From Octopus vulgaris (Eukaryota), in the NCBI GenBank assembly GCA_951406725.2, contig OX597814.1, positions 28,334,001 to 28,398,000 of the forward strand: a stretch of DNA of 64,000 nucleotides, written 5' to 3'. Below the pieces are notes generated by a model. It was not told the origin of the DNA. It ran no database searches and saw only the letters and a list, made by a program, of their open reading frames with translations. This document shows positions 53,030 to 64,000 of the stretch, one piece after another. The translations under genes were made by a program, and so were the position numbers. Within the stretch, counting starts at the first letter, position 1. Every line of letters starts with the position of its first letter.

Positions 53030-54505
53030 TTGGTCTATACATTTCCTGACATGTTGTACAGCACATCGGTCTATCTGTTCCCACCATTTATTTGTACAGT
53101 AGTTTGGTCTATCCACGCTGGTCTATCCATTCCTGGCACATTGTGCAGTACATCGGTCTGTCCGCTCCCACCATTTATTTGTACAGTAGATTGGTCTGTC
53201 CACGTTGGTCTATCCATTCCTGGCATGTTCTACAGCATATCGGTCTATCTCCTCCCACCATTTGTTTGTACAGTAGTTTGGTCTATCTACGTTGGTCTAT
53301 CCATTCCTGGCATGTTCTACAGTATATCGGTCTATCTCCTCCCACCATTTGTTTGTACAGTAGTTTGGTCTATCTACGTTGGTCTATCCATTCCTGGCAT
53401 GTTCTACAGCATATTGGTCTATCTCCTCCCACTATTTATTTGTACAGCAGTTTGGTGTATCTACGTTGGTCTATCCATTCCTGGCATGTTCTACAGCATA
53501 TCGGTCTATCTCCTCCCACTATTTATTTGTACAGCAGTTTGGTGTATCTACGTTGGTCTATCCATTCCTGGCATGTTCTACAGCATATCGGTCTATCTCC
53601 TCCCACCATTTATTTGTACAGCAGTTTGGTCTATCTACGTTGGTCTATCCATTCCTGGCATGTTCTACAGCATATCGGTCTATCTCCTCCCATCATTTGT
53701 TTGTACAGCAGTTTGGTCTATCTACATTGGTCTATCCATTCCTGGCATGTTCTACAGCATATCGGTCTATCTCCTCCCACCATTTATTTGTACAGTAGTT
53801 TGGTCTATCTACGTTGGTCTATCCATTCCTGGCATGTTCTACAGCATATTGGTCTATCTCCTCCCACCATTTATTTGTACAGCAGTTTGGTCTATCTACG
53901 TTGGTCTATCCATTCCTGGCATGTTCTACAGCATATCGGTCTATCTCCTCCCACCATTTATTTGTACAGTAGTTTGGTCTATCTACGTTGGTCTATCCAT
54001 TCCTGGCATGTTCTACAGCATATTGGTCTATCTCCTCCCACCATTTATTTGTACAGCAGTTTGGTCTATCCATTCCTGGCATGTTCTACAGCATATCGGT
54101 CTATCTCCTCCCACCATTTGTTTGTACAGTAGTTTGGTCTATCTACGTTGGTCTATCCATTCCTGGCATGTTCTACAGCATATTGGTCTATCTCCTCCCA
54201 CCATTTATTTGTACAGCAGTTTGGTCTATCTACGTTAGTCTATCCATTCCTGGCATGTTCTACAGTATATCGGTCTATCTTCTCCCACCATTTGTTTGTA
54301 CAGCAGTTTGGTCTATCTACGTTGGTCTATCCATTCCTGGCATGTTCTACAGCATATCGGTCTATCTCCTCCCATCATTTGTTTGTACAGTAGTTTGGTC
54401 TATCTACGTTGGTCTATCCATTCCTGGCATGTTCTACAGCATATTGGTCTATCTCCTCCCACTATTTATTTGTACAGCAGTTTGGTCTATCCACATTGGT
54501 CTGTC
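53030..54505. repeat. 87-bp minisatellite, ~17 copies
   Basis: Unit of 35+38+14 bp sub-blocks, each starting ggtctatc. One 73-bp unit near 54061. Confidence 0.95.
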
Positions 54506-54862
54506 CTCTCCCGCTTTGTTGTACATTGGTTTGGTCTATCAATTTCCGTCATGCTCTTTGGTTACTCTGGGCAGTTTTTTTTTTTTTTTTTTTTTGGTGT
54601 TATTTGGCGTGCTGAAAGAAAAGTTACAAGCCCTGTAGGTCAGCCTTCTTCCATTTTCTTTCTTTCTAGTTTTTTTTTGTTTTGCTTTTTTTTGTGGGGA
54701 GTGCTAGGGTAAGGGAAACTGTAATTGCTACTTCCCGTCTTCTCCACAGTGCAGAGTAACGGGTTCTGAATGAGCGAGAGAAAGAAAATGGGAAGAGAGG
54801 AGAGGGAAAGAAGAAGAGAAGAAACAGAAAAAAGAATGCAAGTAGAATCGATACCAGTACCT

Positions 54863-54896
<34 letters not shown>

Positions 54897-54897
<1 letters not shown>

Positions 54898-55130
54898 AAA
54901 AAGGGTGGAATATAATTAATTTAATAAAATTAATAAATTTTAGCTAGTACATTTATCGGTATGGAAAAGACCATATTTGGTAGGGTTATAATAATTATAA
55001 TTAAGGGTTAATTGCAACAAGTTGCTCAAAACCACATACCGAAAATAATAGAAATAGCAGCCAAAATTGATCACTATTTCCTCTACTAATAAAAAGTCTC
55101 CACAAACAAACAGAATTTGTAACCTGTATA
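54897..55130 (-). mobile_element. Diverged fragment related to the 29667-29910 repeat
   Basis: Shared aaaagggt start and accacata.cgaa...tagaaatag. Confidence 0.5.
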
Positions 55131-55141
55131 TAGTAAAAAAG

Positions 55142-55208
<67 letters not shown>

Positions 55209-55694
55209 GAGAGAGAGAGAGAGAGAGGGAGAGCATCTGCCGATCATTTACACTTGAGCAGGTTTGGGCAGGATTAACTAAGGAAGCCTGGTAATTGCCC
55301 GTGCAAATCTCTTCTCCACGCTTTCAATGTTTATGTAAGGGAAAGGTAGCTGCCTTAAGATTAATACAACTGGGTACTAGTGTCGTTGTTAGTGTTGCAA
55401 TCAGAAAACAAAGAGCTGCGGAAAGTACTTGCAAGATATCGCTATAGCTCAGTTCAATCAACCCACCGCTCAGGTTTGGTAGTTTTGTAGGGGTTTTTTT
55501 TTTTATTATTGATCTTAAAAACGATAAATGGTTAAAGTTAACTTCAGCGGGATTTGAACGCAGAACGCAGTGAGTCATTCTATACAACCCAAGTCATTCT
55601 ATATAACGCTTTAACGACTCGGCCAGTTTGATGCCCATCACCACATCTGTGGTTCTTTAATTATCCATCCCGGAAGAACGGGAGGCAAATTTGG

Positions 55695-55877
55695 CCGCTT
55701 TGAGAAAAGATGGTGCATGATACCTGAAAAAAAAAAGCGGTGCGGTCATGGTTAGAACACCTTTTATTACAAGTTTTCCGCTTTGAGAAAAGATGGTGCA
55801 TGATACCTGAAAAAAAAAAAAGAAGAAAAAGAAAAAGCGGTGTGGTCATGGTTAGAACACCTTTTATTACAAGTTTT
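55695..55877. repeat. ~83-100 bp tandem duplication
   Basis: ccgctttgagaaaagatggtgcatgatacctgaaaa...ttacaagtttt occurs twice. Confidence 0.9.
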
Positions 55878-56248
55878 CTGAATTAGGGATGTCTTGGGGC
55901 TAAAAGAATAACAACAATAGCAAAAATAGATCCCATTTCTTGACGTTCAACCGTAATCTCTATCAGCGATGGGCAATGGCTCTTCATCAGCGGACACGTC
56001 AATACAAGAAATACAAATACAACTCCCCTACTTCACCATCTCAATATTTCCCCATACCACGACCCAAGTTTATTTAACAATAATAACACACAGTCGGTTC
56101 TGTTAGCAACATATTGTTTATTAGCAACTGAGTGTTTATTAGCAACAACCAACGTTAACTTTCTATGCCATCTCTACTTGGAACAGTTTGTTCGCCTCGA
56201 ACTAAATCTGATATTAATACTTTATGTCGTGAAAGTTACATTGATTTT

Positions 56249-56284
<36 letters not shown>

Positions 56285-56290
56285 TAAAAA

Positions 56291-57006
56291 TGTGTGGCTT
56301 AGTGGTTAGGGTGTTCCGCTCGCGATCATAATGTTGGGAGTTCGATTCACGGCGGCGCATTCTGAGTCATTTACTTGTTTCATTCATGTGACTGTGGTCA
56401 TGCTGGAGCACCGCCTTTAGTCGAGCAAATCGCCCCCCAGGGCTTATTCTTTGTAAGCCTAGTACTTATTCTATCGGTCTCTTTTTTCCGAACCGCTAGG
56501 TTACGGGGACGTAAACACAACAGCATCGGTTGTCAAGCGATGTTTGGGGGACAAACACAGACACTCACAAACATATACACACACATACATAAATAACTAC
56601 ATATATACGACGGGCTTCTTTCAGTTTCCGTCTACCAAATCCACTCACAAGGCTATGGACGGCCCGAGGCTATAGAAGAAAACACTTGCCCAAGGTGCCA
56701 CGCAGTGGGACTGAACCCGGAACCATGTGGTTCGTAAGCAAGCTACTTACAACACAGCCACTCCTACGCCTTGTGTAAGATTATTTCACGTTGGTCCAGT
56801 TCACTCAGCTGGCGAAAATGAATTGTACCTGTAATTCAAAGAGACAGCCTTGTCACAATTCTGTGTCACGCTGAATCTACCCGAGAACTGCGTTGAGGGT
56901 ACGCGTGTCGGTTGAGTTATTAGTCACTTGTACGTTAATTTTACGAGCAGGCTGTTCCGTCGAATGGATCAACCGGAAAACCTCATTGTCGTTTCCGATG
57001 GAATGC

Positions 57007-57008
<2 letters not shown>
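56291..57008 (+). mobile_element. SINE head D + tail 1, interrupted by an antisense family B SINE (56370-56771)
   Basis: Head at ~56291-56365 resumes at ~56775 with tatttcacgttg.tccagttcactcagctgg. Confidence 0.85.
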
Positions 57009-57073
<65 letters not shown>

Positions 57074-58034
57074 TGTTTATTGGTTGGTTGATTGCTTGGT
57101 TACTTGGCAGAGCTTCGTCTTGAATTAAACTTAAAGGAGGGAGAGAAAAGTAAAAGAGAGTCCTTTACGCATACGTATTCAACCATATGGCCGTACGCAT
57201 ACACACGCACAAACATACGTGTATGTATGCATGTGTGTTTGTACGCACACATATGTAGGTATATATATATAGTCTTTATTCTTTTAACTTGTTTCAATAA
57301 TTTGACTGCTACCATGCTGGAGCAGCGCCTTTAAAGGTCTTAGCCGAACAAATTGACCACAGGAATTATTTTTTTAGAGCCTAGTACTTCTTCTATCGCA
57401 ATCTTTTGCCGAACCGCTAAGTTACAGGGAGGTAAACACACCAACACCGGCTGTCAAGCGGTGGTAGAGAGACAAAGACTTACACACATACACACACGTG
57501 TGTGTACGTATATATATAGATATATATATATATATATATATATATTAAAGTCCAAGTAAAAGAGAAATGTATGTGTGCGTATGTGTGTCAACGTACGTTG
57601 TTACATTTGTGCTTGTCTCCCACAACTTGGTAACCAATGTAGGTTTGTTTACGTCCCTGTAACTAAGTAGTTTGGTAAACGATCCTATAGAATAAGCGCC
57701 GGATTTTAAAAAGTACTGGGCCGATTTGAAGGCGGTGTCCCAACGTAGCTGAAGTTCAATGACTGAGACGAATAAAAAAAGAATAAAACAAGAAATATCT
57801 ACATCAAATATATAAATAAACACAAATAAACCTCTCTATCACCGTCTCTTTCTTTCTCCTCCTACCCTTCCCCTTGTTCTGTCTGACTATTTTCTCGCTG
57901 CCTGCCTTCCGCCCTTTGAATTTCTCTCTCTTTCTCTGCATGCATACCTACTTACCTATCAACCTACCTACCTACATACATACATACATACATACATACA
58001 TACAAACATACATACATACATACATACATTCGTA

Positions 58035-58079
<45 letters not shown>

Positions 58080-58080
<1 letters not shown>

Positions 58081-58416
58081 TTTTACTTGTTTCAGTCATT
58101 TGACTGCGGCCATGCTGGAGCACCGCCTTTAGTCGAGCAAATCGACCCCGGGACTTATTCTTTGTAAGCCCAGTACTTATTCTATCGGTCTCTTTTGCCG
58201 AACCGCTATATAACGGGGACATAAACACACCAGCATCGGTTGTCAAACAATGTTGGGGGGACAAACGCAGACACACAAACACACACACATACATATATAT
58301 ATATATACATACATATATACGACGAGCTTCTTTCAGTTTCCGTCTACCAAATCCACTCACAAGGCTTTGGCCGGCCCGAGGCTATAGTAGAAGACACTTG
58401 CCCAAGGTGCCACGCA

Positions 58417-58417
<1 letters not shown>
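58080..58417 (-). mobile_element. Family B SINE, 5'-truncated
   Basis: Reverse-complement copy ending in (TA)n. Confidence 0.9.
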
Positions 58418-58475
<58 letters not shown>

Positions 58476-58575
58476 CATACATTCGTACATACATAATGCA
58501 TGTATGTATGTGTCCGCGTATCAACGTATATCCACTATTGATATACTTGTCTTCGTTTTTCACAGCAACACTGAT

Positions 58576-58617
<42 letters not shown>

Positions 58618-59514
58618 CGCACTACACACACGCGCGCGTACATACGGACATACTCATGTACACATGCAAACTTACAAATGTACATTTTCGAGGAGACAGC
58701 CCTACATAGTGTACATTGCAGAAACAAGCCGAGATACTGACGCGCGCCCGCACACACACATGCACACGCACACAAACATACATATACACGCACATATACA
58801 CACACATACACACAAGCGCACACACACATGTACACACACGCACTCACAAAAACCTACACACACGCGTATACACACATGCACACGCACAAAAACCTACACA
58901 CATGTACACACACGCACTCACAAAAACCTACACACACGTACACACACGCACAAAAACCTACACACACATGCACACGCACAAAAACCTACACACACATGTA
59001 CACACACGCACACATACACACAAGCGCATACACACACACACGCACACATACACGAACACACATACGCACACGTGTACGCGCACGTATGCAAACAAACAAA
59101 CAAACAAACGAAACAAGCAGGCTGAAACATGCTTCTTGTCGTACACATCCAAACACGCGCGTAGGTTACAGTACACATAAACACACAATTACACAGTTAC
59201 ACACCGCTGATCTCTACATACACATACATACGCACGATTTACACGGCAACGCGCGTCGTACCCACAATCATAACAACCATACACACGCACACTTAGACAA
59301 GCACACACACACACACACATACACTTAGAGAAACATACACACACATACATACAAACGTATGCATTTATACACGTACATATATATATGTACGCGCGGGCTA
59401 CTACCCTACCCGGGTGCAACCACATGTTCTCGTCTCTTCCCGCCCTCTTTCCTCTCCATCACATGTCTGTTTTGCTCCCAACATCTGTCTTTCTCCTTTC
59501 ATTTTTTCTTTTCT

Positions 59515-59556
<42 letters not shown>

Positions 59557-59587
59557 ATCTTCCCATATCACCATTCTGACCTCTCTC

Positions 59588-59670
<83 letters not shown>

Positions 59671-59671
59671 G

Positions 59672-59714
<43 letters not shown>

Positions 59715-59755
59715 GTCTGTCTGTCAATCTATCTGTCTGTCTGTCTGTCTATCTA

Positions 59756-59830
<75 letters not shown>

Positions 59831-60146
59831 GCCTCTCTCTCTGTATCTGTCTATCTACCTCTCTCTTTGTATTTATCTGTCTATCTATCTGTCTATCTAT
59901 CTATCTATCTATCTATCTGCCTCTCTGTTTGTATCTGTCTATCTATATGTCTATCTATCTGTCTATCTATCCATCATATATGCGATTGCTTTTTTCTCTC
60001 AGCGCTTTTCTTTAGCTCCATCTCGTTTCACCCCTCTGTCTCTCTGTCTGTCTGTCTCTCTCTCTCTCTTTCGCTGTCTGTGACTCTTAGAGAAGTTCAG
60101 CTTTAATCTATTGGCTTTATTCGTCCATCGGTTCATCTTAATCTCC

Positions 60147-60236
<90 letters not shown>

Positions 60237-60305
60237 TTATCTATCTACCTACCTACCTACCTGTCTGTCTATCTGTCTGTCTGTCTGTCTGTGTCTGTCT
60301 ATCTC

Positions 60306-60344
<39 letters not shown>

Positions 60345-61090
60345 CAATATATATTTACCTTTATCTCCTCTCCTCTTCCTATCACTCCCCCCCCTCTATC
60401 TCTCTATCTCTCTATCTCCTGCAATCCCGCACCCTGTCACTTTTTCTCTCTTTACCTTCCATTTCTCACACACACTCCCACTCTCTCAATCTGACACACT
60501 TCTCTCTCTTTCTCTCTCTCTCCTTATCACTTCTTAGAGTCGAAGCTCGTCCACGTTCAACTTTAACCCTTCGGCCTGATTCGTCCATCGGTTTGTATTG
60601 ATGAACTTCTGACCCCTGCTACATTTGTCACTCCTTCCGTACATCCCCACCACCCGTACATACTTCTCAGGGGTCTCGTCACCTTTCAAGCTAACTCCCA
60701 ATGCAAAACATTCTTTTAGGAACCTAAAATATACCATCCCAGTGCCGCCTAATCACTCCCGTTCAATCTCTCTTCCTCACCACACTATTCTCTTTCTCTC
60801 ACTCTCTCTTTTTCTCCTCTCTCTCTCTCTCCACACACACACACACACATATATATATGTACATATACTCACATATGTATGTGTGTGTATATATATATAG
60901 ATATATGTGTGTGCTCTTTCCTTTTATATATATATATATACATGTGCATACATATATATATATGTATATATATGTGTGTGTATGTGTGTATATATATATG
61001 TGTGTATGTATATGCGTGTATGTATGTATATATATGTGTGTGTGTGTATATATATTATATATATATGTGTATATATATATATATACATAT

Positions 61091-61127
<37 letters not shown>

Positions 61128-61182
61128 TATATACACACACACGCATATATATACACACACACGTATATATATATATATATAC

Positions 61183-61219
<37 letters not shown>

Positions 61220-61224
61220 CATAA

Positions 61225-61261
<37 letters not shown>

Positions 61262-61450
61262 CACATACTCACACATATATACACACATGCATATATATAT
61301 ATATAGACATACATACATATATATGTATATATATATATATATATACTTACACATTTATACGCTTGTGCGCGCGTGTAGGAGAGAATGTATATAGCTATAC
61401 ATACACATACGCACATACACATTGGCACACAAAGATATACCATACACACA
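58418..61450. repeat. Microsatellite field: (TA)n, (CA)n-like, (TCTA)n/(TCTG)n
   Basis: Visible directly, with short unique islands. Confidence 0.9.
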
Positions 61451-61819
61451 ACTAGTTGAATGACCTACATTAAAAAAAAAAGGAGGGTGACTTATGAAAA
61501 CAAAGTAACAAAATTATAAAACAAATGAAATAAAAAAGAAAAAAAAAAGAAAATGAACTGAAAACAAATACAGAAATAAAATAAACGAATGAAAATCTAG
61601 CAGAGTTTCCTTTACAAGTCGTGATACACCACACACACACACACACTCATGCGCACACACAACCGCATATGCAAACAAAACTCTCTCACACATACATATA
61701 CACTCACACACATACTCAAGTGAAAATGGACTAAGAAACAGCTCAGAGTGGCCAATGGTATGTATTTGAACAAGATGAATAAGGATATATAAAATACCAT
61801 ACAAAATAAATTCCATGCA

Positions 61820-61970
61820 AAATAAAACTTTGCCGACTCCTGTCAGTGTATGCCGGTCGCTGTCGAAACGTTAGGTGTCCTCAGACCCGATACTACCGAT
61901 TTCTTCCGCAAAATCGGGGTAACGGTGGCCCGTCTGAGAAATGAGGCCCGTGAGGTGAAGTAGCTGTTGC
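61820..61970 (+). pseudogene. CRE-like retrotransposon C-terminal (RLE region) fragment
   Basis: FADSCQCMPVAVETLGVLRPDTTDFFRKIG..RNEAREVK*LL resembles the PxAVETLG...ExRExxWL motif. Confidence 0.6.
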
Positions 61971-61989
61971 ATTCACCGCGGTCACACAG

Positions 61990-62787
61990 GTCATTCACCG
62001 CGGTCAAGCCCTGGATGACGCAGAAGGTTAAACGAGAACTTCGACTCAGAGATATTGCTTGGGCTGAATTCAAAAATCTGGATTCGACTGCAGCTTTTGA
62101 GGTGTACAAAACTCAACGAGACCGAGCCGTGAAAATTGGAAAGGAAGAACGCCTCAGATATGAATACAAAATCGCGGCAAACGCCAGTAGCAATCCAAAA
62201 ACCTTCTTTGCCCATGTCCAACGGAATTCCCGCTTGAACAACCAAATTGCAACGTTGGTAGACTCAACAGGCGTATCGATTGAGGACCCTTATCAACAGA
62301 GTCAATTATTTTCCGAGGCTTTTTCAACTATTTTCAAACAAGATGATGGTCGTGAACCCCCTCCATTTGATAGATCGGTACCTCCAATGCTTCGATTGGT
62401 CATCACGTTATTCAAAGCCTCGATGTCAACAAGGGTCACGGCCCTGACGGCATACACCCACGGGTTATCAAAGCGTTGGCTCCGGTCATCTGCGAGCCCT
62501 TAACACGTCTATTCAATATGTCATTGGCGACGGGTGTTATACCTGCGGACTGGAGAACAGCGATAATCTGCCCAATTTTCAAGAAAGGGAGCCGAGAAGA
62601 CCCGCTTAACTACCGACCGGTTTCCCTTACATCAATAATCAGCAAGATGTTCGAAACCATCCTTAAGAAAAGTATGATGCTCCACCTCCAAAACACAGCC
62701 TCTATCTCTGATTCCCAACACGGCTTCGTGCCGAAGAGATCATGCTTGACCAACTTACTGGTAATGGAAGAATTGGTGATTTATTAA
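61990..62787 (+). pseudogene. CR1-type LINE ORF2 fragment (tether + RT N-terminus)
   Basis: PWMT, NPKTFF, GPDGIHPRVIK, IPADWRTAIICPIFKKGSREDPLNYRPVSLTS and QHGFVPKRSCLTNLL. One frameshift near 62405. Confidence 0.95.
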
Positions 62788-62956
62788 AATTATCCTCGCC
62801 TCCGTTGAGGAATGATTGAAGAATCAATTGGCAACTTGTCAACTCCAAATGAAAAGGGAAAATAATTTTAAGAATCAAGCTTTCTCCAAAATTGACAGCT
62901 GGGAGCATGAGTTTCTACCTTAATATCAGTTATTAGCACAGCGATTGTCCTGCATT

Positions 62957-63270
62957 GTCGAGCTTACGATCGTGAGGTTGTGAGCTCGAATCCCGGACCG
63001 GGCTGCGTGTTGTGTTCTTGAGCAAGACACTTTATTTCACGTTGCTCCAGTTCACTCAGCTGTAGAAATGAGTTGCGACGTCACGGGTGCCAAGCTGTAT
63101 CGGCCCCTTTGCCTTTCCCTTGGACAACATCGGTGACGTGGAGAGGGGAGGCCGGTATGCATGGGCGACTGCTGGTCTTCCATAAGAACAACCTTGCCCA
63201 GACTTGCTCCTCAGAGGGTAACTCTCTAGGTGCAAACCCATGGTCAGTGTCTGACCGAAGGGGGGTCATC
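62957..63270 (+). mobile_element. SINE, head D + tail 3
   Basis: Body ttgtgttcttgagcaagacactttatttcacgttgctccag followed by a distinct tail. Confidence 0.8.
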
Positions 63271-63930
63271 TGTCCTGCATTATCTCCAGAACACGTAATA
63301 CTTCAAAATATAAAAAAAACCCTACCCACCCCATAAAAAATCATGTTGTATAAATGAAATATATAACTCAGTCCTTAGACAACACATACGAGTATATTAA
63401 GTAGCATACAAATAGAATTATCTGTCATCAGGATAGTAGAACAATAACAACATCAAATGAGAAAAGAGAAATGATTTTTAAAATTAAAAGATTCTCCAAA
63501 ATTGACATGCCGTCAAGCAAAAAGATAATCTAATTGATTTGGATACAAGAAGACAGTAGTAGATATGTGTTGCTGCACCAATAGTCGTGACCAACACAGC
63601 AGTTGGTTAGGTTTCTACATGTGTGAGGGCTGACAAGACAAGTGCATCTGCGATAGACAACCAGCTCCAAGGTTGCCAAGAAAGCCAACAAGGCTTGACT
63701 AAAAAGCTTTCATAAACGCTGCAGAATAAATTTGATAGATGGCCTTCGCTTTCTTGAGTTCATCCACCCTTGTAAGCATGTACATAGTTTATTTTGTTGT
63801 TGTTGTTTTTGTTTTTTTTGTCCAATCAGGTTGTCCGTATGGCACCTTCTTAGAATGTTGTTGTCGGCTACACGAATGAAATGTTATTACTGGTTCATAT
63901 GATTGATGCTAGCAGATCTATTTGAATCTG

Positions 63931-64000
63931 ACGGCGAGCTGGCAGAAACGTTAGCACGATGGGCGAAATGCTTAGCCGTATTTCGTCTGCCGCTACGTTC
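63931..64000 (+). mobile_element. Family C SINE 5' part, cut by the window end
   Basis: ggcgagctggcagaaacgttagcac. Confidence 0.85.

Noticed and set aside
53030-54505. CRISPR-like array or multi-pass membrane protein
   Set aside because: The units are contiguous with no unique spacers, the context is eukaryotic, and a deletion shifts the frame.
55935-55995. Minus-strand CUGAUGA
   Set aside because: No matching GAAA or stem I arrangement.
58664-61449. Many HT-, YI- and SIYL-repeat ORFs
   Set aside because: Di- and tetranucleotide microsatellite translations.

Overview
AT-rich eukaryotic intronic or intergenic DNA, almost certainly from an Octopus-type cephalopod. This is inferred from the tRNA-derived SINE families and the extreme microsatellite load. 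No confident host protein-coding gene is present: nearly all ORFs in the track are translations of microsatellites or SINEs, and there is one weak candidate exon. The window is a mosaic of three SINE groups (CORE-like, Nin/Deu-domain, and a modular head/tail family), LINE remnants (CR1-type RT and C-terminus, an APE endonuclease with a CCCH ORF1, a CRE-like RLE tail), two decayed Penelope-like (PLE) coding remnants, four GGATC-ended MITEs with 8-9 bp TSDs (Merlin-like), non-autonomous Helitrons, mariner-type MITEs and an 87-bp minisatellite. The most notable signal is a cluster, between 18 and 38 kb, of short non-coding elements from at least six unrelated sequence families carrying minimal type I hammerhead ribozyme folds. 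Several have unusual cores (a G3:C8 swap, CUGUNGA, U3). Three have a PLE-like direct-repeat plus 5'-inverted-copy architecture, suggesting a diverse retrozyme-like system mobilised by PLEs. All folds were paired by eye and none has been computed or tested.
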